A DNA stretch of 64,000 nucleotides from a virus. Made by a program: the position numbers and the translations under genes. Numbering within the stretch: position 1 is the stretch's first letter; the number at the start of each line of letters is the position of its first letter. The stretch spans positions 10,771 through 74,770 of IMG/VR virus record IMGVR_UViG_3300049060_000085, one strand, 5' to 3'. Positions 52,449-60,638 of this stretch are shown here, piece by piece. Under the pieces are notes generated by a model, which was given only the letters and a program-made list of their open reading frames with translations, did not search any database and had not been told where the DNA came from.

Positions 52449-54734
52449 TCACTGCATGGCGCCCGCCGGTGGCGAGCTTGGCTGAGGAAGCGGTGTGCCG
52501 TTGCCAGACGCGCCGGTAGGGCCTGCCACTTGCCCCGAGACGTCTCCGCTGTTCTGCATGGTGGCCTGGTCGCTCGGCGCCGCCTGCGCGCTTAGACCGC
52601 CGTCTGGCGGCTGCGCGCCGGGCATGCCGCCACCGCCCTGCGCTGGGTTGGCAGCGCCTGAGTTGGCGCCCTGCTGCTGCGGCTGCCCGAGACCTTGCAG
52701 CTGGCCCGTGGCCAGCATGAACTCGAAGGTCATGTTGCCGCGCGGCGCCATCGGATTCGGCACGATCGGCGGAGGCGGGGGGATTTGCTGGAACTGCGCG
52801 ACCAGCGGGTTGAGCTGCAAATACGCTTCCGTGTGCGCCTGCAGGTGCAACCGCACGCGCATGATCGCCTCCAGGTCGGGGACGTCCGCCGCCATCAACT
52901 GCTCCAGCATGGCGTTGTGGAGCGGCCAGTGCTTGAAGGGGTTGTCGCCGGGCATGACGGGCACGAGGCCTTCGCCGGTGACCAGGCGCTCGTTTTCCTT
53001 GCGGATGAGCATCTCGGCGCTGTTTTCGGTCTTGAGCCAGCGCGTGGTGTTGCCGGTGGTGACCATCTCGTAGGTCGCCGCGCGATCTTCATCGGGCATG
53101 TTGCGCAGCGCGGTGGCGATTTGCAGACGGCCTGCGGTCGACTGCATGAGCGGGCTGATTTGCTCGATGTCGACGCGCTGCACGCCGGACAAGTCTTCCT
53201 TGGTGAACTCGGCGACGTACGAGCGCTGCTCGATGCCGGCGATGTCCACCAAGAACGGCGTTTCGCCGTAGCGCGTGATGAGGTCTAGGATGATTTGCGC
53301 GCCGTCGATGCGGAACTTGCGCGCGGCGTCTTGGCGGAACGATTGGTAGCGAATCGCGATGCTGTCGAGCAGCGCGTTCATTTCTCCAGAGCGGACGTTG
53401 GGGTCCGGGTCGCCGCGGCTGGCCGCGTTCTGACCGGAAACCGTGTCCAGCATCTTGTGCAAATAGCTTTTGAGATCCGGAAGCGTCGCCGGTACAGCAG
53501 CAAGCTGCACTGCTTTCGGCATCTGGGCGTTGGGAGGGACGTAAAACGCAGTACCTTGAGCGAGCGCATCGAGGGTGACCTCAGTGCCCTTCTCTATCGC
53601 GATGCTTTGACGACCAAAGGTCGCGTAGTTTTGCATTTCATCGCTGTTGACCTGGTTCAACGCTTGCTGAATCGCGATGAGGTCCCACGCATCCGCATAC
53701 CCAAACGTCGACTCGATGAAGCGTCCCGACTGCATCACCGCGATGGGCAAGCCACGTTTGCGCGGACACGGGCCGTCCCAGAGAATCACGTCACCCGCCA
53801 TCATCACGTAGCGGCCCTCGGGCACCGCGGCGCAGCGACGGTGATAGAAGTGCTTGACGGTGAGCTGGTCCTTCGAGCTGTAGTAGAGCTCCTCGAGGCG
53901 AAAGAGCGTGCCGAAGTCGTACCGGTCGTAGTCGGTTTTGACCGCCAAAAGCTCGTCACGCTTCGCCGGGAAGTTGGCGATCAAGTTCCAGCGGTTATCC
54001 AGCTCGCGGACCATGCGCCACTGGTGCTCGCCGGCGACCCGCGGCTCTTGAACAAGCGCCCACGGGTACACCACGGTGACGATGGGCTCGCCCGACTTCT
54101 CGATCGAGAAATGCTGCGCCGTGGTGCCGTCCTCCAGCTGGATGTCACGCGGCACCTTCATGTCGTCGCCGCCGAGGAAGTCCCAGCGGTAGTGCGTTGC
54201 GCCGAGGCCAAAGACGCCGTCGCCCTCCGCGGCGTCCATGTCGAGCGGCGCGCTGTAGCGCTTGTATAGCGAGTTGATGATCTTGTCGGTGAGCACGCTC
54301 TTCGCAAACGAGCGGTGGTCGCTGTTGCTCACAAGCGCCTTGAACGCTGCAGGCTCACCCAGCGCCAAAGACGTCTGATGTCGGATGTACGGGCGAATCA
54401 GGTTCAGGTGAAAGCGCAGAAGCTCCAGCTCGTTGCCACTGAATCCGATCGTCTGCGTCGCGAAGTCGCGCAGGTCGTCCGGCGTCAGGCCGTGGTGGGC
54501 GGCGTAGGCCACGACCCACATCGCAAGCAGGCCGCGGTTACGCGCGCTCTCGAAGAAGGCCTCTTCTTTGGCTTTGATCTCCGAGATGAAGTCCGGTCCC
54601 GACTTGCGCGCCCAGTAAATCTGGGACGGGTCGATGACCGGCTCTTCTTCCGGGTCGATAGGCCGAAGCGGGTCGCTGAGATCGGAGGCAGCGCCGAGCT
54701 GATCGAATGGAACTACGTTTTCTTGACCCAACAC
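52449..54734 (-). CDS. portal protein
   Basis: 761 aa between TerL and scaffold; LNLIRPYIRHQ..GEPAAFK, QQALNQVNSDEM, Q/P/G-rich C-terminal barrel. Confidence 0.85.
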   Translation of the reverse strand: MLGQENVVPFDQLGAASDLSDPLRPIDPEEEPVIDPSQIYWARKSGPDFISEIKAKEEAFFESARNRGLLAMWVVAYAAHHGLTPDDLRDFATQTIGFSGNELELLRFHLNLIRPYIRHQTSLALGEPAAFKALVSNSDHRSFAKSVLTDKIINSLYKRYSAPLDMDAAEGDGVFGLGATHYRWDFLGGDDMKVPRDIQLEDGTTAQHFSIEKSGEPIVTVVYPWALVQEPRVAGEHQWRMVRELDNRWNLIANFPAKRDELLAVKTDYDRYDFGTLFRLEELYYSSKDQLTVKHFYHRRCAAVPEGRYVMMAGDVILWDGPCPRKRGLPIAVMQSGRFIESTFGYADAWDLIAIQQALNQVNSDEMQNYATFGRQSIAIEKGTEVTLDALAQGTAFYVPPNAQMPKAVQLAAVPATLPDLKSYLHKMLDTVSGQNAASRGDPDPNVRSGEMNALLDSIAIRYQSFRQDAARKFRIDGAQIILDLITRYGETPFLVDIAGIEQRSYVAEFTKEDLSGVQRVDIEQISPLMQSTAGRLQIATALRNMPDEDRAATYEMVTTGNTTRWLKTENSAEMLIRKENERLVTGEGLVPVMPGDNPFKHWPLHNAMLEQLMAADVPDLEAIMRVRLHLQAHTEAYLQLNPLVAQFQQIPPPPPIVPNPMAPRGNMTFEFMLATGQLQGLGQPQQQGANSGAANPAQGGGGMPGAQPPDGGLSAQAAPSDQATMQNSGDVSGQVAGPTGASGNGTPLPQPSSPPAGAMQ

Positions 54735-54745
54735 ACGAAACTGCC

Positions 54746-54757
54746 CTCATCCCGGAG
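54746..54757 (-). promoter_or_regulatory. late motif CTCCGGGATGAG, copy 2
   Basis: 11 nt upstream of portal GTG. Confidence 0.7.
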
Positions 54758-54767
54758 CGCAGTGACT

Positions 54768-55079
54768 TCAAACAAATGCTTCGAGCTCGTCCAAACACCA
54801 GACCGAGTCTTTGGTCTTCATGTGCGCGAGCACGCGTTCCGCGTCGAGCTTCGCGGCCCACGGGTACTTGACGGTGTCGCGGCACGGATAGCAACGCAGG
54901 ACGTACGAAGCCTGGTGAGGTTCCTGCTCCCAGCCGACCGCGAGCATTCTCTGCTGACTTTCGGCAGTTCGCAGTTTGTGCCAGTCGTAGCTTTCCTGCG
55001 CGCAAAACGCGCAAGTCGGCCGGATGGTCTTCATGCGCTCGATCAGCGCCGCGGCGTCTTTGAGCGTGGGCTCTTCCAT
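54768..55079 (-). CDS. zinc-ribbon protein
   Basis: CAFC..CYPC; TGATG coupling. Confidence 0.65.
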   Translation of the reverse strand: MEEPTLKDAAALIERMKTIRPTCAFCAQESYDWHKLRTAESQQRMLAVGWEQEPHQASYVLRCYPCRDTVKYPWAAKLDAERVLAHMKTKDSVWCLDELEAFV

Positions 55080-55678
55080 CAGCAGCTCTGCAGCATGATG
55101 TACTTGGGGAGCTCGCCCTGCTTCTTGCTCGGCGCATCCGGTTGGATGACGGCCCAAGGCGTCGCGAGCGCGCCGATGGCGTTCAGAAAGCTCGAGCGGT
55201 TGATCTCACTGGACCAGCCGTTTTGGCCTTCGTTCCAGTGGTCACGCGCGCGCACGGGGCCGAGGATGTGTACGTCTTGGGCGAGCTCTTCGACCGGCGT
55301 GTGCACGGTGATGCGGGCGCCGTCGCGGTCCTCGCGGAAGGTTTGCGCTTCCTTTAGGCGTTTGCGGCCGTAGCTCTTGCGCACGGCGACGTAGACCACG
55401 GTGCTCTTGTTGAGCGCGTCCACGTTGAGCCGATCGCACAGGCAGTCGGTGAGGATCTCTTCGGAGAGCTCGGGATAGAGCTTGCGAAGCAAGACCGCTG
55501 CGGCCTCGATCTCTTCATGCGCGGGCGCGAGAAACCGCGTCAAATACGGCGATTCCATGTGCGGCACGCGATGCGTGACGAAGCCGGCGTCCTTGAGGTC
55601 TTGCCGGAGCGCGGGGTCTGCGGGCGGTTGTTGGGTGGCTTGGTGTTTGTCTTTGGGGTTTGTCTGAACTTCGGGCAC
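55079..55678 (-). CDS. hypothetical protein
   Basis: 199 aa. Confidence 0.75.
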   Translation of the reverse strand: MPEVQTNPKDKHQATQQPPADPALRQDLKDAGFVTHRVPHMESPYLTRFLAPAHEEIEAAAVLLRKLYPELSEEILTDCLCDRLNVDALNKSTVVYVAVRKSYGRKRLKEAQTFREDRDGARITVHTPVEELAQDVHILGPVRARDHWNEGQNGWSSEINRSSFLNAIGALATPWAVIQPDAPSKKQGELPKYIMLQSC

Positions 55679-55689
55679 GGACTCGTCTG

Positions 55690-55702
55690 CTCTATCCCGG
55701 AG
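55690..55702 (-). promoter_or_regulatory. late motif variant CTCCGGGATAGAG, copy 3
   Basis: 11 nt upstream of GTG 55678, 10 nt after the tRNA-Asn CCA. Confidence 0.6.
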
Positions 55703-55712
55703 AAGACGTTTT

Positions 55713-55788
55713 TGGCTCCAAGGGCAGGGTTCGAACCTGCATAGTCCCGGTTAACAGCCGGGCGCACGACCATTTGTACTACCTTGGA
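55713..55788 (-). tRNA. tRNA-Asn(GUU) with encoded CCA
   Basis: acceptor TCCAAGG/CCTTGGA-G-CCA; anticodon arm CCCGG-CT-GTT-AA-CCGGG; T-arm GCAGG-TTCGAAC-CCTGC. Confidence 0.93.
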
Positions 55789-55797
55789 ACATGGCGC

Positions 55798-56049
55798 TCA
55801 GTCGCCGATCTCGGCCGCGATTTGCGCTGAGGTCAGCTCATCCTCGCAAGCGATGCCCTGATTCGCCGTCATGACCGCTTGGCGCACCAAGCGGATCGCG
55901 TACGTCTGATCAGCGCTCGCGGTGGTATTGCTCACGATGGTTTCGGCAAGCTTTTTGGCCGCCTCCCGGATGGCCACATAGCGCTTTTGCTGACCGGGGC
56001 GCGGCGAGTGATAGACGAACCAGTTGTCGAGGTCTGCTTGGGTGATCAT
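55798..56049 (-). CDS. Acb2/Tad1-like helical-hairpin nucleotide-sponge candidate
   Basis: DLDNWFVYHSP..QQKRYVAIREAAKKLAETI..SADQTYAIRLVRQAVMTANQGIA. Confidence 0.65.
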   Translation of the reverse strand: MITQADLDNWFVYHSPRPGQQKRYVAIREAAKKLAETIVSNTTASADQTYAIRLVRQAVMTANQGIACEDELTSAQIAAEIGD

Positions 56050-56402
56050 GTCTGCTCTTTCAAAATGTCGTCGATGTTCGGCTCGGCGAAACGTTCGGCG
56101 AGCGCGGGGGGTTTGGCTTTGGACTTGGCCTTCGCTTCGGGCACGACGCGCACGAAGTACGTGCCGAGCTCCTCGGGAGGCATAGCGTCGTAGACGGCCG
56201 GAGTGCCCGGGTAAGTGATGACGGCGTCGCCGTAGCGCACGTACTTGTGCTGCTTGTTCGTGCCAGCGAGGATGGAGCCCACAACCGTTTCGTCTTCGTA
56301 GAAGCTGTCCGGAGCCACCGCGACATGCCCGTGCGCGGGGTCGTAGAAGTCGACCAGCACGTGCAGCGGCGGCGCTTGTTTTTCTTCGTACACAAACGGC
56401 AT
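56046..56402 (-). CDS. hypothetical protein
   Basis: coupled on both sides. Confidence 0.7.
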   Translation of the reverse strand: MPFVYEEKQAPPLHVLVDFYDPAHGHVAVAPDSFYEDETVVGSILAGTNKQHKYVRYGDAVITYPGTPAVYDAMPPEELGTYFVRVVPEAKAKSKAKPPALAERFAEPNIDDILKEQT

Positions 56403-56755
56403 CAGAATTTCTTCTGGGACATGTTGCCCATGTGCATGGTGATCTTGGTGGCTTCGCTCATGCAGCGTTCCACCGCGTCTTTGACGTCGGTGCCCATGCG
56501 CTGAAGGATGCGGCCTTGCTTGGTGAGCTCGTCGCGAATCTCGTCGCGGTCGCGCAGCGTTTCACCGCGCAGCACCGATAGCTCCTCCCGTAAGCGCGCG
56601 ATCGCCGCGAGTGCGGTCTCCGCGGTCTCGCGCGCGTCGTGGTCGGCTGCGCGCTCGGCGCTGGGCTTGTCCCGGAAGAGGTTGAGCACGAGAGCGATAA
56701 CGAAGCCGCTCACGGCGGCCTTCCAAAGATGGATGAACAGGTCGACAATCGTCAT
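56402..56755 (-). CDS. N-terminal TM + coiled-coil protein
   Basis: LFIHLWKAAVSGFVIALVLNLF then heptads. Confidence 0.7.
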   Translation of the reverse strand: MTIVDLFIHLWKAAVSGFVIALVLNLFRDKPSAERAADHDARETAETALAAIARLREELSVLRGETLRDRDEIRDELTKQGRILQRMGTDVKDAVERCMSEATKITMHMGNMSQKKF

Positions 56756-56758
56756 GGG

Positions 56759-58597
56759 CTATCTGCGTCCTCGGCCACCGTCGTAGAGCTTGAGTCGGCC
56801 GCGCTGGTGGATGCCGTGCGCCGCGTTCTGGGCGTGCTCGAGGGCGAGCTCGTGCGGAGCCTTGGGCATCCAAGGCAGGCGTTCGATCACGGTGACACCG
56901 GCGGGGAACTCACGGAGAATGTGCTCGGGGGGGTGGGGCCGAGAATTCGTATACTGCTCGACCTTACGCACCATGTAAACGAGCGCCGAGGCCAAGTCGA
57001 AGTGTCCGTAGACCTCGTGTTCAGCTAGTTTTCCGCGTTTGTCGCGCTTTGCCGAATGCACGTGGTCGATGACCGCACCCGCGTGGGGGGAGAACCACAT
57101 CCGGCCCTCGCCGAGCCAGTTACGGACGTTGCGAATCATGGTGGTGAGCTCTTCCTTGGTGGTCGCCAAGAACTCGAGCCCGTAGTGCTCGTCGATGTCG
57201 CGGATGAGCTGCTTGTCGACGTCGCTCACGCGCGCGGCGGGGTTCAGGTGAAAGCCTTGTCGGTCGTAGTACGGGGTGATCGCACCGGGGATGGGTTTGA
57301 TGATCCAATCGCCTGGGCGTCGCTCGCTTGTGGGGCGATCGACGAGCGGGGTCGTCGCCATGCGATGGAGCTCGGGTGCTAGCTTTTCGTACTTGTCGCC
57401 GTGAAGAAGGTCGCGCCATCCAGCGTGGACGCCGTCGTGCTGCGCAGGGATTCGGCGCATACGAACGTCCGGCCACCGACCCCAAAGCACGAACTCGCGT
57501 GCTGCGCAGACAGCGCTGACTTCCATGGACCCTGCATTCGATTTGGCCCATGAATCCAGGATAAGTAGTCGGTCAGCGTCAAAGTCATACTCGCCCCAGA
57601 TAAGCCCGAATAAGTGCACTTGGCCAGGGTCTGCGGCGACAAACCCATACGCGTGCTTCGGCCTTTCGAAGTGGCGTACGTGGAGCTCGCGGGTGAACTC
57701 GGGGAAGGCTTTGAGGGCTGGGTCGCCGGCAATGATATTGAAGTATTCGCGCTCGCAGTTCGGGTTGCCGCGCCCGCCTGCCATGCCGATCCAGTAGTCT
57801 TTTTCGCGCCGGGTGAGCTTCGAGTTGTCCTCGATCGTCACCTCTGCGAATGCGCCGCGCCGTTTGGCGTCGGGCATCACGATGCGCTCCCAGTCCGTGT
57901 CTTGGTCCTCGGGCGCCGAGCTCTCCACCATCATGCGCGCCCAGGGGCGCTGCTGGTATTGGTGGATGAGGACGTTTCGGACCGCGTAGTCCAGATTGCT
58001 GATGAACGCTGCTTCGGAGACGAAGTCGAAGTCGTTCTCCTGGCCGCGCAGGGCGTCTTTGTTGACGTCGATGCCCGCGAGCGCGAGCCGTGCGCCGCCG
58101 GTCGGACCATCTTCGGGCCAGTACAAGCCGGCGGGGAGGATACCGCGCTTGCCGTGGTAGGTCGGCACCGCGTAGTCGGGCGCGGTGCTAAAGGCCTGCG
58201 TGACGACCGAGCCTGCGATCTCGTCGATGTTGCGCTGGAAGGCGCTCGTGAGGCGCATCTTGGCGGGTCGGCCGTATTTGCGGAAATACCAGACCGCAAT
58301 CTCGTACGCGACCCACAGGTACAGCGTGGTTTTGCCGAAGCGCTTGCCGCCCGCGATGACGAAAATCAGCGGGATGGAGCCGGTCTCGTGGACCTCCTCG
58401 AGCTGGTCGATCTCACGCCAGGCGTGGATCTGATTTCTCAGCGCGAGCTGCCCCGAATGCATGAGGCCGGAGAGGTCTCCGGTCTCCCATGAGAGGGCGA
58501 TGAGCTCCTCGTCTGTAAGCGCGTCGAGGTCAGCCTCGGTGAGCTGCTTTTCGAAGACGAGGGCGTCGGGGTCGTTTTCTAGGTCGTCAGGGTACAA
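56759..58597 (-). CDS. terL: terminase large subunit
   Basis: AGGKRFGKT Walker A, LRGQEND.DFVSEAAF Walker B region, ESSAP coupling motif, VAADPG nuclease Asp, GHFDLASALVY. Confidence 0.9.
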   Translation of the reverse strand: MYPDDLENDPDALVFEKQLTEADLDALTDEELIALSWETGDLSGLMHSGQLALRNQIHAWREIDQLEEVHETGSIPLIFVIAGGKRFGKTTLYLWVAYEIAVWYFRKYGRPAKMRLTSAFQRNIDEIAGSVVTQAFSTAPDYAVPTYHGKRGILPAGLYWPEDGPTGGARLALAGIDVNKDALRGQENDFDFVSEAAFISNLDYAVRNVLIHQYQQRPWARMMVESSAPEDQDTDWERIVMPDAKRRGAFAEVTIEDNSKLTRREKDYWIGMAGGRGNPNCEREYFNIIAGDPALKAFPEFTRELHVRHFERPKHAYGFVAADPGQVHLFGLIWGEYDFDADRLLILDSWAKSNAGSMEVSAVCAAREFVLWGRWPDVRMRRIPAQHDGVHAGWRDLLHGDKYEKLAPELHRMATTPLVDRPTSERRPGDWIIKPIPGAITPYYDRQGFHLNPAARVSDVDKQLIRDIDEHYGLEFLATTKEELTTMIRNVRNWLGEGRMWFSPHAGAVIDHVHSAKRDKRGKLAEHEVYGHFDLASALVYMVRKVEQYTNSRPHPPEHILREFPAGVTVIERLPWMPKAPHELALEHAQNAAHGIHQRGRLKLYDGGRGRR

Positions 58598-58609
58598 CGC
58601 ATGGCTTGA

Positions 58610-58621
58610 CTCATCCCGGAG
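58610..58621 (-). promoter_or_regulatory. late motif CTCCGGGATGAG, copy 4
   Basis: 12 nt upstream of TerL TTG. Confidence 0.7.
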
Positions 58622-58631
58622 CTAGCCACGT

Positions 58632-58817
58632 TCACAAACTTACCACAGTCCTACACCGCCCGCTGCGTATGCACCACGCAGTGAACCCAGCCAGTTCGTT
58701 ATCGGGGTGAAAGAAGCCGCTCAGCTCCAGCGAGTCTTCGAACAGGTAAAACACCAGCCAGTCCACCCAGTGGAGCGGCAGCATGTTCGATGTGTATGGC
58801 TCGATGTAGCCGCTCAT
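58632..58817 (-). CDS. hypothetical protein
   Basis: ATGA coupling. Confidence 0.55.
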   Translation of the reverse strand: MSGYIEPYTSNMLPLHWVDWLVFYLFEDSLELSGFFHPDNELAGFTAWCIRSGRCRTVVSL

Positions 58818-59110
58818 AACGTGTTGCCGGGCCCATCATCGGACATCGGTGGACGCGAATCCGACCCCGGGCGTGGGTGCTCGCGCTCCCAGTCGTACAA
58901 CTCTTGGTAGGCGCGCACGAGGTCCAAAGAGAAGGTTGAGCGTGGTGCGTAGATATCCGCGGCGATGTTTCGCAACGCCGCCATCAACGGCTCCCGCTCC
59001 GCCCACCACAGCGCGATGCTAAGCGCCTCGTTGGTTGGCGCCGCATCGCGCGGGTTGAGGTAGTCATCTCGGACGATCTCAAGCCACTGCTTCGCCTCGT
59101 CGTTGGTCAC
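58814..59110 (-). CDS. REPL..WEREHP module protein (paralog family)
   Basis: WWAEREPLM..YDWEREHPRP. Confidence 0.75.
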   Translation of the reverse strand: MTNDEAKQWLEIVRDDYLNPRDAAPTNEALSIALWWAEREPLMAALRNIAADIYAPRSTFSLDLVRAYQELYDWEREHPRPGSDSRPPMSDDGPGNTL

Positions 59111-59217
59111 GTTCCCTCCTTGTCATCCGGCTCGGACAGGCTGGATAGCTCGTGCTTCTCTATCCACACATCGAGCCAGCGCCGGCACCACGCGCGCAGC
59201 GCGCTGCAAAGCGTCAC
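59107..59217 (-). CDS. 36-aa hypothetical protein
   Basis: GGAGG SD, GTGA coupling at both ends. Confidence 0.45.
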   Translation of the reverse strand: MTLCSALRAWCRRWLDVWIEKHELSSLSEPDDKEGT

Positions 59218-59708
59218 GTTCCCTCCGGGGGCTTGGGGTGCTCGCGCTCCCATGTGATGAGCTGGTCGATCGCTTCGAGCACGTCGGTCTCGTCGATGTT
59301 CGCGCCGTAGTATGCCTTGACCTGATCGAGACGTAGAAGGTCCCGCTCCTCGAACCACGCCAGCCTGGCCTTGAGCGCTGCGTTCTTGTTCCGCAGCACA
59401 TCCAAGCGCGTATCGGTTTCTTGCGCGTGCGCGGACCTGCTCAACCACTCATTGCGCGCGCGCAGCTCCGCGTTCTCCGCTTCGACCCTGCCGATCTTCG
59501 CGCATAGGTATCTGTCGCGAGCGCTGCCGTCGCCACGAGTAAGTAGGGCCACGTTCTCCGCTTCGAGCTCGGCCACCTTGTCTTTGAGTGCTGCGTTCTC
59601 GTCGATCAACGCGTGGTTCACCGCACGAAAACGTTCGAGCTCCGCGCGCAGGCGCTCCACCTCGGCATTGAGGTTCGCGATGCGGTCTTCCATGAACTCG
59701 TCCCCCAT
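59214..59708 (-). CDS. coiled-coil + WEREHPKP module protein (paralog family)
   Basis: repeated EAEN(A/V)(A/E)L heptads; WFEERDLL..ITWEREHPKP. Confidence 0.8.
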   Translation of the reverse strand: MGDEFMEDRIANLNAEVERLRAELERFRAVNHALIDENAALKDKVAELEAENVALLTRGDGSARDRYLCAKIGRVEAENAELRARNEWLSRSAHAQETDTRLDVLRNKNAALKARLAWFEERDLLRLDQVKAYYGANIDETDVLEAIDQLITWEREHPKPPEGT

Positions 59709-59992
59709 CAGCTTGCCAGCTTTTCGATTTGGCGCTTGAGCAGCGCTTTGGTCTTCAGGTCTTTGACGAGCTCGGCAAACTTCTCCGAACAGCGCTTGCG
59801 AAACTCCATCACAGCGCAGTCGTGATCGATGTAATCCGAGATGTCGAGGTCGCTCTCCGGATCGATCACGCGAAGCTTGAGCTTGTCGACAACATGGCTC
59901 GGAACAGCCGTGAAGCTGAGCGGAGAACGAACGATGACATCACCTACGTTGACGGCGAGGGCAACAGCAGACTTCTGGGTCAGAACGGACAT
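59708..59992 (-). CDS. hypothetical protein
   Basis: AAGGA SD. Confidence 0.7.
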   Translation of the reverse strand: MSVLTQKSAVALAVNVGDVIVRSPLSFTAVPSHVVDKLKLRVIDPESDLDISDYIDHDCAVMEFRKRCSEKFAELVKDLKTKALLKRQIEKLAS

Positions 59993-60037
59993 GGGGTTTG
60001 TGTCCTTTCGTAGCGGGTAATGGGTTTGGGGATTTCA

Positions 60038-60439
60038 CTAGCGTCGCATGAGCCCGATGCGGGGGTCCATCATGGGCGGGCGACGAACATCGATAAACGT
60101 TTCGGTTTCTGGATCCAAACGCATCGCCGTGACCGGCATGGCGCGCTCGGCGCGCGCGAGTGCGCGCAGGTAGTCCTCTTCGCGCGCTTCGTTGACCATC
60201 CCGCAAATCTCGCGGTTGGTTTGCGTCGCGATGACGGCCGCGCAGACAGCCCACATCCCGTGCATCAAGAACAGCTCGCCAATGCTGGGTTCAGGCATGC
60301 CGACAAAACCTTTCACGGTCACGGCCACGAGCGTGAAGTACACGATCAGGAACGTGAAACGCCAAAGCCCGTTAGACACGCCCATCAGCGTGATCCTTTC
60401 GGCGGGCTCGGGCGGGAACGGTGCGTACGGACGGGACAT
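60038..60439 (-). CDS. two-TM membrane protein
   Basis: LWRFTFLIVYFTLVAVTV; LFLMHGMWAVCAAVIA. Confidence 0.7.
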   Translation of the reverse strand: MSRPYAPFPPEPAERITLMGVSNGLWRFTFLIVYFTLVAVTVKGFVGMPEPSIGELFLMHGMWAVCAAVIATQTNREICGMVNEAREEDYLRALARAERAMPVTAMRLDPETETFIDVRRPPMMDPRIGLMRR

Positions 60440-60620
60440 CGGAGCGGCTCTGGGTCGGCTGTGAGCACATGCAGTGGGGTGCCCGACATTCCCCCGACTG
60501 GTCATGCATAGCACAGAAGTGACCGCAGCCCGAGCAGCGCTCGGTGAGCCGGTTCTTCGACCAGCGTTCAACCCGCTGGCGATCGCCCAGGTTGTTGCGG
60601 CGGGTGTAGCGCTTGGTCAT
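60372..60620 (-). CDS. small Cys/His zinc-finger protein
   Basis: CSGCGHFCAMH..C..C.C; AAGG SD. Confidence 0.55.
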   Translation of the reverse strand: MTKRYTRRNNLGDRQRVERWSKNRLTERCSGCGHFCAMHDQSGECRAPHCMCSQPTQSRSDVPSVRTVPARARRKDHADGRV

Positions 60621-60638
60621 GCAGATGGCTCCGTTGCC

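Noticed and set aside
56402-56755. TM + coiled-coil gene as the holin or i-spanin
   Set aside because: Single TM, located between TerL and portal with no lysis neighbours; no support beyond topology
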